Shown one piece after another: positions 33,301-45,300 of a DNA stretch of 64,000 nucleotides. The stretch comes from Elusimicrobiota bacterium (GTDB taxonomy: Bacteria > Elusimicrobiota > Elusimicrobia > UBA1565). The stretch spans positions 8,255-72,254 of the forward strand of contig JACRDO010000016.1 of assembly GCA_016212885.1 (NCBI GenBank), written 5' to 3'. The translations under genes were made by a program, and so were the position numbers. The notes below the pieces were generated by a model that was not told the origin of the DNA, did not search any database, and was given only the letters and a program-made list of their open reading frames with translations. The stretch's first letter is position 1, and each line of letters begins with the position of its first letter.

Positions 33301-36300
33301 AAGCTTACGTCCGTGTTGCGCCCGAAGAGCTTGTCCTTGTCCTGGCTGCCGCCGCCGCGGGAGATGCGCAGGTTCTGCCAGGACGCGAGCCCGACGTCGG
33401 TCGCCATGTTGAACCTGAGGAACGTCACGTTCGATTCCGCCTGCCCGACCTGGCTGATGTTGTTGCCGAAGATCCAGTCGTAGACCCCGAGCGTGACCCA
33501 GGAGGGAACCTCCTGGATGAGGACCTTGGGGGTCGTCTCGAAGGGCGCGGGGTCCAGCAGAACCCGGTGCGGCACTTCGATCTCGACGTAGGAGGTGTCG
33601 TTGACCGACAGCCCCTCGAGTGTCCCGACCCCGGCGAACTGGTTGAAGCTGAAGGTGATGAAGTAGCTCTTCGGCGTCGTGCTGACGACGATGGGCTGGC
33701 GGAACTGCACGCTGACCGTGCCCGTCGAGAAGGTCTCGTTGCCGAAGGAGAGCAGATGGAGGTAGGCGCCGTGGCTGTCCGTGGCGGTGTCGGTGGAGGT
33801 GAATTGGCCGTCGTTGTCCGCGTCCTCCCACAAGCGCACGACCGTCACGTCGGTGTCCAGCGTCTCCTTGGGGACGTGGTTGAAGCGTAGCTTCGACCAG
33901 CGCACGGTGTTGCGGTCCGTCTTGGCCGTGATCTTCGCGAGCGAGACATCCGAAGCGTTCTGCATGGCCGTGTTGGGGGCGAAGCGGGAGAAGGTCAGCG
34001 AGAGCGTGTTGATCGTAGGCACGATCGGGAAGGCCGGGCTGAAGGGGCTGTTCACGAGGAAGATCTTGTGCCCCGCGCCCGGGGGCCCGAGCTGGAAGTC
34101 CGTCTCCAGAGGCTTGCAGCGCCCGACGGCCTCGTTGCGCTGGTTCACGGGCAGGTCCTTGTGCGTGAAGCGCGCGGCCTGGTCGATGTCGACCGAGATA
34201 AAGTAGGTCTGGGTGGAGGCCGGCACCAGGGTGTAGGCCGCGTTGATCTTCGAGTCCGTGATGTCGAAGATGACCACGCCGTTGACGATATTCCCCTGTG
34301 CGAGGACGCGGTCTTCCCCGTTCACGCCGGTCAAATTGTTGCGATGGAAGACGGGCGCCTCCGGCGGCTCCACGGACTTCCAGAGCTTGGCTATGGAGGT
34401 GTCGCTGTCGCGCACGTTCAAGCCCGGCGGGATCTCGAACTGCAGGCGCATGCGGTTCCACTGCACCTGGAAGCCGCCGGCCCAGCCCTGGAGCTTGACG
34501 ACCGCGTTGTTGTTGGCGCCCTGCTCCAGGCTCGGAGCCAGGACAGCTCCGGCGCCGTGCGCAGCGGCCGAGGTGTCCAGCAGGCCGCGGTGGACCCCGA
34601 TGAGCGCCGACACCCACGTTCCGGAGCCCGCGGGGTACTCCACCTGGCCCAGGGCGTCGTAGGAGACGAGCTCGTTGTCAATGGTCATGTAGGTCGTGGC
34701 CCCGCCGGGCGCAAGCCCGGTGGAGGAGGAGATCAGCCAGTAGGCGTCCGGCTGGCCGGGGTCCGGCGGGACCGCGGCCGGGGAGCTCAAGGTCGGCGCT
34801 TCGAAGGTGCCCTTGGAGGAGGAGAACATGGGCGTGGTCTTCAAGTAGAGGATCTGGGCCGAGGGGATCATCTCGCGCAGCTTGCTCGTAAACGGCAGGG
34901 GCGAGCCCCTGTCGTATTCGTTCGGGTTGGAGAAGGCGTTCGCCGCCGGATCGTCGACCTGCGGGCTGGGCCGCGGGAACGCGTCGGCCTTCAGCACCGC
35001 GCCCAGGGTGCGCGGGGCCTGCGTGCCCGGATCGTTCGTCTGGGCCTCCGGGGAGAGGTGGTAGGCGATGAAGTACCGCTGGGAAGCCTGCGCCTTCGAC
35101 AGGGTCCTGATCGTCTCGGGCGTGAAGAGGATCACTTTCGCCTGCAGGGGAGTGCCGGCGTTCCCGAACGTCCCCGTGCCGATCAGGATGTCGCCGGGCA
35201 TGGAGCCCGACGGCAGCTGGAAGACGCCGTCGCCGTTTGAGTCCGCCCAGGCGGAGACGAGGTCCACGTCCGACTGGTTCCTGCCGGCCGCGGCCGAGCT
35301 GCCGGTCGCCGTGACGACCACGAAGCGCCAGAGCGAGTCGCCGATATCGGCCTGCAACAAAAACGAGAAGACGGCGCCGGTGGACCTCTGCTGGAAATAG
35401 GGGCCGATCTGCGGGTCATCGACGGTGTTCGTCGCGATGACCAGCAGCTTGTCCGCGTATTCGGACACGTTGCCGACCAGCGAGCGCGTCTTGCCGGCCG
35501 GCGGCAGGCCGATGTTGAGGGTGTCCATCTGCTTGGGCTCCTTGATGATGAAGTAGTGCGTGTTCGGGATGATGAGCCCCAGGTTCGCCTCTTCGCTGAC
35601 CGTGGCCAGCGGTGAGACGTCGAAGGTGACGAAGAAGTTGCGCGACCCTCCCGTGATCGACTGCCCGCCGCCCAGGCCGATGATCGGGATGCGCGCGGGC
35701 CCCGAGATCGGGGTCCCGGTCGAGAAGCTCAGCTGGGTTGTGCCCTCCATGGCCCGGGTGCAGTTGCGCCAGACGTTGGCGGAGAAGTCGACGTCCGGGC
35801 AGTTCATGATCTCCTTCTGGTCCTCGTCGGTCTGGCCGTCGTTTAAGACGAGGCGCTGGGGGGTCGGCGGGAAGGGGTCGTCGCTCGGGAAGAAGTCCGA
35901 GAGCCTTGTCACGTAGACGTCGATCGGCGAGGGGGTCGTCGAGCTGATCTCGACCTTCAGGGTGCCGACCGGGAACTTGTGGACGATGCCGGAGAGCGGC
36001 GAGACGATCTGGTCGGTTGTGTTGCCGGCCAGGTCGGGGATCGCGTCCAGCAGTCCGTTGCTGTTCTGGTCCGGCCAGACCTTCTGGTCCGACCAGACCT
36101 TGATGTCGTCGACGTCCATGGCTTTGTTGGTCAGCTTGATGAACCCGCCCAGGGCCCTGGAATGGATCCACCTATCGAGCTTCAAGCCCGACCAGACCGC
36201 TGAGCCGTTGGATTTTATGGTCAGCTTCGAGACCGGGGCGTTCTTGTCGTTCTGCGTGACGGAGGTGCGCACCGAGGGCGCTCTTCCCGCGCCTTCCGCG

Positions 36301-39300
36301 TCCACGGCCTCGACGTACGCGACGTCGGGCGTCGCGTGAACCGACACGTTCGCCGACACGTACGGCATGAAGGGCAGGACGTCGCCGTTGCCCGCCAGCG
36401 GGATGACGTCGGCGGGCCCGCTGATCTGCATCCCGTGGGTCTTGTCCCGCGTTGCGTCGGAGGCGAAGTCGAAGACGACGAAGTAGGTGATCGTGGAGGG
36501 CGAGACGGTGCGCTGGGCCGTGTTGCGGGCCACGGCGTCCTGATAGGCCGGGGCGTCGCTCTTCGTCGGGTCCAGGATGCAGAGGCTCAGGACCGCGGCC
36601 CTCTGGCTGAACGCGGTCTTGTCCGCGGGCTTGGCGCCGGGCGGGTCGTTGACGCAGAGGCTCTCCTCGGGCCTGCGCCAGGCCGTGGGGGTGATCTCCG
36701 TGTCGATGGAGACCTCGAAGATCCCGTTGCCGCGGGAGGGATCCCCGTCGGCGCCGGAGTCCACGAAAAGGCGGATGTGCTTGACGTCCTGGTCTAAGCC
36801 CGTGCCGTTGTGCGTCAGGCGGATGCGGTCGATGGTGCCGTTGTAGGCCTCTGTCCAGAGCTTCAGCTTCATCATGCCCACCGAGCCGGCGCCCTGGTTG
36901 ACGTACTCATAGGTGGAGAGCGGCAGGCGGGTGGTCGTATCGATGGAGGGGGCCCACCAGGCGGAGATGCTCTCCCCGAGGATGTTGATGCGGGCGGCCT
37001 CGCGCTCCACCGGAGAGGTGGCGGTCTTGATCGCGAAGTTGTTGCCCGCGACGCCGACCTGGCTCGCGGTCGTGAGCATGACGAAGAACGGCCCCGAAAT
37101 TTCCAGGCCGAGGTCAGAGGGGAGCTCCACCTCGGCGTAGCCCGTGGGCTTCAGGCGCAGCGCGAGGAAGAAGTTCCTGGGGGCCACGGTCACGATCGTG
37201 CGGGTCGCGTCGGCCGCTTCAAGCGGGACCTGGCCGCGGGTCTTGTCCCCGAAGTACCAATAGCCGTTGTCGTAGACCCCGGTCGCGATCCTCACGTCGC
37301 CGGCGGCGCCGCCTGTATACCGGAAATTGCCGTCGTCGTCCGCATCGGCGTAGAGCGCGATCTCCTCGACGTGCTCGGCTGCGAGCCTGCCGGTTTTCCT
37401 GACCTGCAGGCCGGAGAGCTGGCCGCTCAGGAAATTGGCGGTGGACGGGGCGACGGAGAGCGTCAGGCGCAGCATCTGGACAGGGTCTGGCGAAGCGGGG
37501 GTCATCCCGTCGCCCTGCCGGAGGACGGGGCGCATCTGCCCGAGGCGGGACTTCGCCTCCTTGACGGTCCCGTCCTCGTTCTTTTCCGGCGCGAGGTCCG
37601 TCGGGAAGAAGACCACGCCCGCTGTGAAGACGTTGTCGTCGGAGCGCTGGTCCGCCTTGATCGGCGGGCACTCGGGATCCGGTCCCGGCACGTCGCAGTT
37701 GAAGGCCCGGCCGAAGTCCTTGGTTTTGCCCCAGATCTGCGTCTGCGCCTGGGCGGTCGCGGAGACGACCAGATCCTCGACGAGGAAGTCGGTCACCTGC
37801 AGGCCGGTGAAGACGCCGGGGGTCGGGTCCGCCGCGCCCTGGAAGACGTGAGCGTTCTGGAGGGTCGCGCCCGCGGTGAGGTCCAGCAGGGTCACCTGGG
37901 AGCCCGAGGTCCCGAAGAGGACGTTGCCCGCGAAATACTGCTTGTTGATCGGGTGGCCCGCGGCGATGTTGCCGAACGTGTCGCGCAGGGCCACGCCGAG
38001 CGTCCGTCCGCCCACGGTCCTGGCCAGCACGCCCGGCGCGCCCGTGTGCAGGGGGTTGTACTGGGTGAACGGATGGTGGAAAGTGATGTAGTCCGCCCGG
38101 TTGGGCGTGATGAAGTTGTCCTGCATGACGATCGGCATAATGAAGCCGTCCTGGCCGCGCGTCACCAAGACTGAAAGGGTGATGGTGCCGACCACCGTGT
38201 CCCAGACGTAGAAGCGGGCGCCCGTCTGGTTGATGTCGATGTTGACCGGGAACGCGGATTGGCCCGGGCCAATGCGCTGCCAGTCGCTGGTCTCCCCCAT
38301 GATGGCCTTGCTCGGCGTCCGCCCGGCGCGCGTAGTCGTGGAGTTCAAGGACCTCACCTGCAGGGTGTGGTACGCCCAGCTCGAGGCCGAGATGTTGCCG
38401 AACTGGTCGTAGAGGTCGATCTGGATGAACGGGTCGATGGGCAGCTGGGTGGCGGTGCTCAGCTGAACGGTCGTGCCGGCGATCAGGTAGCGCTTGGGGC
38501 TGGTGAACTGCGCGGTGAGCGGCGGGCCCGGGTTCACGGTGTAGGTCCCGGCGGCGACCGTCCAGAAGCGGTTCTGGACCGTGTTCACCCTCAACTCCCA
38601 CGGCGTGTTCGTGCTCGGCGTGACCCTCGTGTCGATCAGGTAGAAGCTCGTGGCAGCCAACCCGATCTCCAGCCGGGCCGTGCCGGTGGAGGCGATGAAG
38701 CTTCCGGGGTCCGGGCTCGAGTACTGGGTGTCGCCGATCGAGTTGGACCGGATGGTGAACTCGATGTAGGGCTTGCTGCCCCCTCCGTCCCCCCCACCCA
38801 ACTTGACCGGCGACGGGTTGCCGAATTTATCCTCCACCTCGAAGACGATCATCTCGCTGGTGGCCCCGGCGAAGAGGGTCGGGTGGGCGAGCGGCGGGAC
38901 CGCGATACGGCTGACCAAGTCCGGGAGCACGTTCACGAACTGCGCCGAGGAGAGCAGCACCCCGGCCGGGTCCGAGACCCCGACGACCGGCCGGCTCGAC
39001 TCCTCCGGCGGATAGGAGGAGCTCGCCGTGGTGTCAAGGTAGTAGAAGGTCGTCTCGAACTTGAGGGCCGGGATCGTGACCGAAGATATGGGCGCCTCGA
39101 ACGCGGGCAGGGCCCCGGCGGAGATGATGCTGGAGGCCGAGAAGGAGAACGAATCATCCACGGTCGAGGGGCGGCGCGCGGCCGTGGACAGCGCCACCGT
39201 GATCGGCGCCGTCGCCACCACCGGGTTGTTGAAGATGTCCTGGACCTGGACCTGGAAGGAGCGCCGGCTCTCGCCGTCCACGTCGTAGATCTGGCCCGCG

Positions 39301-42300
39301 ACCATCCGGTTGACCGGGTTGCCGAACCCGAGAGTCTTCGGGTCCCGCGGCCGGATGGCCATCTTGAAGGTCACGGAAGACACGTCCATGGCCAACGGAA
39401 CCATCTGCAGGGTCCATCTCCCGGGCCGCCCGCCGTTGCCGAGGTTCTGCTCCGGGCTCGCCCCGGCGTAGGAGGACATGGAGTCGCGGTAGCGGAACCG
39501 GATCTGGGTCAGCGTTTCCTGGATGGTGACCCGGTCGATGTATTTATAAGGCTGGTTCGGCTGGGCGAAGCCGTAGTCCCCGCTCATCGTGTTCGGCATC
39601 CCCGGGGCGAAGCCGGCGCGGGAGCGCACGGCCACCTCGTCGGAGGGCAGGGTCAGCATGATCTCCGTGCTCAGCCAGTCGGTCGGATTGCCGAAGTCGT
39701 CGAGGCGCCCCACCGTGAACTCCCCGCCGCTCAGGCCGTCGGCCCCAGCCAGGGCCGCGTCGGCTGTGGAGACGAAGACCAGATGCTTGGGGTAGCCGCC
39801 CGTGGTCAGCAGGGCGCCGGAGAGGTTGCGCTGCTCGCCGAGGAACGGCCCGAGGTCCGCGGGCGCCGTCATGGTGCCGATCCAGATGCGCGCGTAATCG
39901 CCGGCTTTGCTGGAGACGATATAGCCCCATTTGATGTTGACGTTGTCGGGCTCGCCGTTGTTGCCGATGCGCCCCTTCATGTCCGTATAGGTGTAAGTGG
40001 CGCCGGACGCGACCCAGCCGGCCCCCTCGTTGTAGACGAGGGAGCCTGAGGAGCCGTACACCCCTACGATCTGGATGTAGACCGGAGCGCTCGATATCAG
40101 GGGGTTGTTGTAGACGTCCGAGAGCTGGCCCGTGAACTCGGACATGCCCGGCGAGAGCTGGGACCCCGCCCGGACGCTGACGATCTGGCTGGTCGGCCCG
40201 GGCAGGACCGTCACGGAGCCGGCGTCGCTGGGGGCCACGAAAATCGAGGGCCGCTGCGAGTAGCCGATCACCTCGCTGGTCACAATCGGGTTGTCGTCCA
40301 GCGCGGCCCTGATCCAGCGCGAGCCCGCCTTCTTCAGCGTCAGCCCCCTTTCGTTGATGAACGTCTTCACCCCGCCGTCCGAGACATAGAAGGGCGCGAG
40401 CGTCGGGCTGAAGGAGGGGGTCTGGGGAGTCTGGAAGTACTCGGCCGAGAGCGTCAGCGTGCTCAGGCAGAGGTTGGGCCCAGTCGAGAGCAGGTTGCTG
40501 AAGATGTCGTGGGCGATGATTGAGAAATGGATCATCTGGCCGGCCGTGGCCGAGGAGGGGACCCCGGAGAAATGCAGGTGGTGGGCCGGGCCCGGGTTGA
40601 CTGGGAAGAGGGCCGAGGCCGCGGAGGATATGTCGAGGGCCGAGTCCGGCGTGGTCGAGGCGACCACGCTGTAGGTCGAGACCGCGGCCACCGGGATGAT
40701 GGGGAAGGACCAGCTTCCGAGCTGGAGCGCGGCGGGCGGGGGCTGGGCGGCCCTTGTGTCCGAGGGCAGGCTCAGGGCCACCTTCGGCATGAGGGAGGGC
40801 GGGTTCGTGTCCCAGTTGACGCTCGTAGATGAGATCTCCGTCGCCAGGTTGAAGAAATCGTCGATGAGATTCACCGTGACCTGGAAAGCGCTCTGCGGCA
40901 TGGTCATCGTGACCGCGTTCGGCGCGCCCGTCTTGCCGGGCGTGTCCCCCGGCTCGAGGCTCCGGCAGTATGGCGAGGCGCCGCCGCCGCACTTGCCGGG
41001 CGCCCCCTTCTCCCCGGGCAGGAGCACCTGCAGGCGAGCGGCCGAGGAGGCGAAGACCTTGAACCGCTCCGAGCGGGCGGCCGGGTTCGCCTGGCTCTCA
41101 GCGGCGGACCGGCAGACCTGGTTCGGCAGGAGGTTCACCGTGCAGACCTTGTCGACGTCCTGGGCGCGCGGATAGACCGCGACGAGCGCGGAGGTGGTCT
41201 TGCTCACCAGGGCCAGCTGGACCTGGCGCGAGCCGGAGGCCGTCATGGGGACCGAGGAGGGCTCCACGTCGTAGGCGTCCGAAGTCCAAAGGTTGAAGGA
41301 CGGCAGGTAGTCGGCTCCGACCTTCGGGGCGGGATTGACGATGTTGTTGTATTGATCCACCAGGTTCACCGTCGCGTTGAACGGCGCGCCCGCTGTCTGG
41401 GTGGAGACGGCCCCGACCTTCCCCCCGTCCGGATAGGTTCCAAGCCCGCCGATGCTGATCTGCCCCGGCATCACGAGCTGCAGCCCGTAGGGCTCGCCGG
41501 CGGAGACGGTGAAGGTGGAGGAATACGGCGAATCCTGCAGGCCGGAGCCGCCGTAGTCCTCGGCCAGGAGCTGGTGCCAGGTCGCAGCCGCCAGGAGCGC
41601 GGCCGGCAGGGCCGTGGGGTCCGTCTTCCCGTAAGCCGTGTTGATTGGCGCAGTCGGGCAGGAGACGATGAACGGGAAGCCGGCCGGGGTCTTGATCCGG
41701 ATGTCGGCGGCGCGGTTGGCCACCACGTTGTAGAACCTGTCCACGATGCCGACCCGGACGTACACCGGGTCCCCGGCCTTGTTGGCCGTGTTCGGGACCC
41801 CGGACTTGCCGGTCTCGGAGCCCGGGTCGAAGTCCTCGCCCGGCAGGACCACGACCAGGTTCTTCGGCAGGCCCGCGGTCACGTTCACCACCGTGCTCGT
41901 GTCGGAGGCGAGGCGGTCGCCCCAGGGCTGCGGGTCGTAGAGCATCTCGGCCCTCAGCTGGTTCGGCATGGACTTCTTGAACACGACGTCCACGAGCCCC
42001 ACCCCGGTGACGGTGAGGGTGGAGGGCAGAATGATGGCGTGCGGGTCCGTCGGCACGATGCGGATCTGCTGGCTCGCCCCGAGGGTGAGGTTCCAGAAGG
42101 CGTCCGTGATCTCCACGGTGATGGTCATCGTGGACCCAGCTGGCTGGCCGATGACCGTGCCGCCGCGGCCCCCGTAGGGCTGGGGCGGGATGACGGTCGA
42201 GCCGGGCACGGCGTACTGGTTCGGGACGCGCACGCGCAGGCGCATGGGATTGCTCGGGGTCAGGGTGAACGTGCTCGACACGATCCCGGCCAGCAGGGGA

Positions 42301-45300
42301 TCCATGCCGCTCTGGTCCAGGACGCTGAAGGAGCGGGTTCCGGCCGTGCGCAGGGTCACGGTCCCCACCGCGACGCCGTTCATCATCGTCAGGGTCCAGG
42401 AGCTCTGCGCGAAGGAATCATCGGACGTCAGCCGGATGCCCGTCTTGTTGATGTAGTCCGTCAGGTTGAAGCCCTTGTCCGTCGCGTACACCGTGACGTG
42501 GATGTCCTCTCCCGCTATTTGGCTCGCCGGCGCCGAGGACACGCCCACGCCGTCCCTGCGGACCTGGCCCGAAAGGACGACCACGAGCTTCGCCGGGGTC
42601 GAGGGATAGACGAGGAAGCGGGTGGAGTCGCCGGCCAGGACGTTGTCGCCCGTGGCCGTGGAGGCGGTGATGCGCCAGCCCGTGACCGTGCTTTCCGTCA
42701 CGAGGTAGGTGTGCGTCGTGACCCACTGCCCGTTGTTCGTCGTGAAGTCGCCGAAGGAGGCCAGCTGGTGGTTCGGGTCGTCGGAGAAGAGCCTGAAGGT
42801 GCTGTCGAAGCCGGGCTTGACCCGGTTGTAGAACTGGTCTACGAGGTTGACGGTGATCGTGAACGTCGAGGCGGCCAGCTGGCCCAGCGCGGAATAGGTC
42901 GATCTTCCGAGCAGATTCAGGCTGCCCGGCCGGGCGGTCTCCGTCGGAACGAGGACCTGGAACCGGTAGGGCGGGCCGGGATTGACGGTGATGCCGGCGA
43001 CGGTGAAGGAGGAGAGGGTGTCGTCCGCCTTGGAGACCTTGAGGGTCCACGGCCCGCCGACCGGGTCAACCACCGTGTTGGTGCGCAAGGAGATGTGGAG
43101 CGTCGTGGACCCGTTCGTCACGGTCTGGTCAGGGATGGCCGGGACGTTGGGGTCGCTGAGGGCGACGCGGACCACCGGCGAGATCGAGGTCACCGGGTTG
43201 TAGTAGGCGTCCGTCACCAAGACGTCGACCGGGTAGTCGCTGCCGGCCGTGACCGCTGAGGCCGCGCCCGCAAAGCCCGTCTGGGAGCCCTTCATCAGGC
43301 TCATGCCGGAAGCCAGGGCGATGAGCCGGGCCGGGACGTTCGGGTCCACATAAAGCGCGGAGGAGGTCGACGGGGTGATGTCCGGATTGCCTGCGACCAC
43401 CCAGATCCTCGCCCCGGCCGCGGTCGCGGAGGCCAGCTTGACCCCGGTGAAGGCGGACTCCCCGCTGTCATTGAGCGTGGTGGACGCGGGCAGCACGGCG
43501 TTCGGGTCGTCGGAGTAGAACGTCAGGGTGAGCGGGGAGCCGGAAGGCAGCGGGAAGAAGTTCCAGGTGACGAGGCGGACCGTCAGGTTGAAGGGCGCGC
43601 CGGCCGTGAAGTTCTGAACTCCCACCAGGCCGAGGTTCCCGTCCGGGCTCCCCTGCCGGCCCAATGCCGCGATGTCCCCGGGCTTGGGCGTCTCGCCCTG
43701 GATGAGCAGGGAGAGCCGGGCCCCCATGGCGTTGAACACGTTCGAGGTGCTGGAATAGACTCCCGGCAAGGTGGCCGACACGGTGTGCGTGCCGACGCGC
43801 ACCGGCGTGTAGGTGAAGGTCGTCGCGCCGTTGACCAGGGTCAATGTCCGGGTGGGGATGGCGGCCTGCGGGTCCGACGCCGTCATCGTGACGTTCGAGG
43901 ACACGTCCACGGTGTTCCAGTAGGGGTCTGTGCCGCGCACCGTGAAGGTGAAGGGAGTCCCGACCGGCACGGCCGTCGAAGGCAGGATGTGGATCCTTCC
44001 GCCGGAGGCGGATTGGTCGTAGGGCGGATTGCCGGGAATATATTTCTCGTCGGGGACCAGGACCATGAGCTTGTTGAAGGGCTTGGGCAGGACCGTGAGC
44101 CCGGAGATGGTCTGGGTCGTCAGCGTGAACAGGTCCGCGTCCACAGCGGAGACCTCCAGGGCGTTCGTTGCGGAGATCGGGCTGAAGCCGGATGCCACCA
44201 ACTGGCCGTTCGAGAGGGGCTGGGTCGCCGGCACGACGGCGAAGGGGTCGTTCGTAATCAGGGCCACCTTTCGGAGGTCGCTGGTGCGGTTCCAGTAGTT
44301 GTCGGTCGCCCGGATGGTAACCGCGTAGTTGTTGCCGGCGATGAAGGGCCCCGGAATGCCGGTCTTGCCGCTGAGCGAGCCCTCGGAGGGCTTCTCACCG
44401 ACAGGGTCCTGACCACAGAGCAGGAACTGGACATGGGTCACAGGGCCCGGGTTGACCTGGATGTGCTGGGCCGGAGCCGAGGAGTAGGCGGTCAGGTTGT
44501 CGCCGCTGTCAGCCGCCCCGATGTCGAGAGAGATCTGGGCGCAGGTCGGACATGTCCGGGTCACTGCGATGAATTTGAACAAGCTCGACCCGGCGACCAA
44601 GCCCTGTTTGTACTGGTCGCCGAGCGGGATGAAGCCGCGGGCGCTCATGTTCGGGTCCGAGACATCCAGCCTCACTATGGGATAGGGGATATTGTCGTAG
44701 AACACCGTGGTTGCCGTCACCACGTTGTACTGTTGGTCCGTGAGATTCACCGTCGCGTAATAGGTCACCCCGGCCGTGAGCGCGCTGAGCGAGCCGGAGG
44801 AGCCGGCCATTGAGCCGGGCAAGGGCGTCTGGCCCGGAAGCAGAAGCTGCAGGATCCACGCCTGCCCCGTTTGGCTGTGCGGCTGGATGACCGCGCGGGT
44901 GGAGGATTCGACGTAGTTCGCCGTGTCCGTATACGCGGTGACCCGGGTCGAGGACGAGGCGGCCCGGAGGTAGAGGCTGTAGTCGGTCGAGCCGAGCGTC
45001 AGGGTCTTGGTGGAATCCACCGAGGCGAAGGGCGTGTTGACGCCCAGCCAGACCTGCGGGCTCATGTGAGCCTGCCACGGCTCGTAGGGGTTGAAGAAGC
45101 CGTCGCACGCGTAGACGGTGGCCGTAAATGTCGAGGCGGCCTGCTGTTCGTCCGGGAAGGCGGTCTTCCCCATCGCTGAGCCGGGCACGAGCTGTTCGCC
45201 GGGCAGGCGCAGGAGCAGGTTCTTCATCGGCGAAGCGGTGTTGGCGCCCACGGCCAGCGACGCCGAGTTCCAGGCGCCCGGCGCGCCGGCGCCGGAGACG

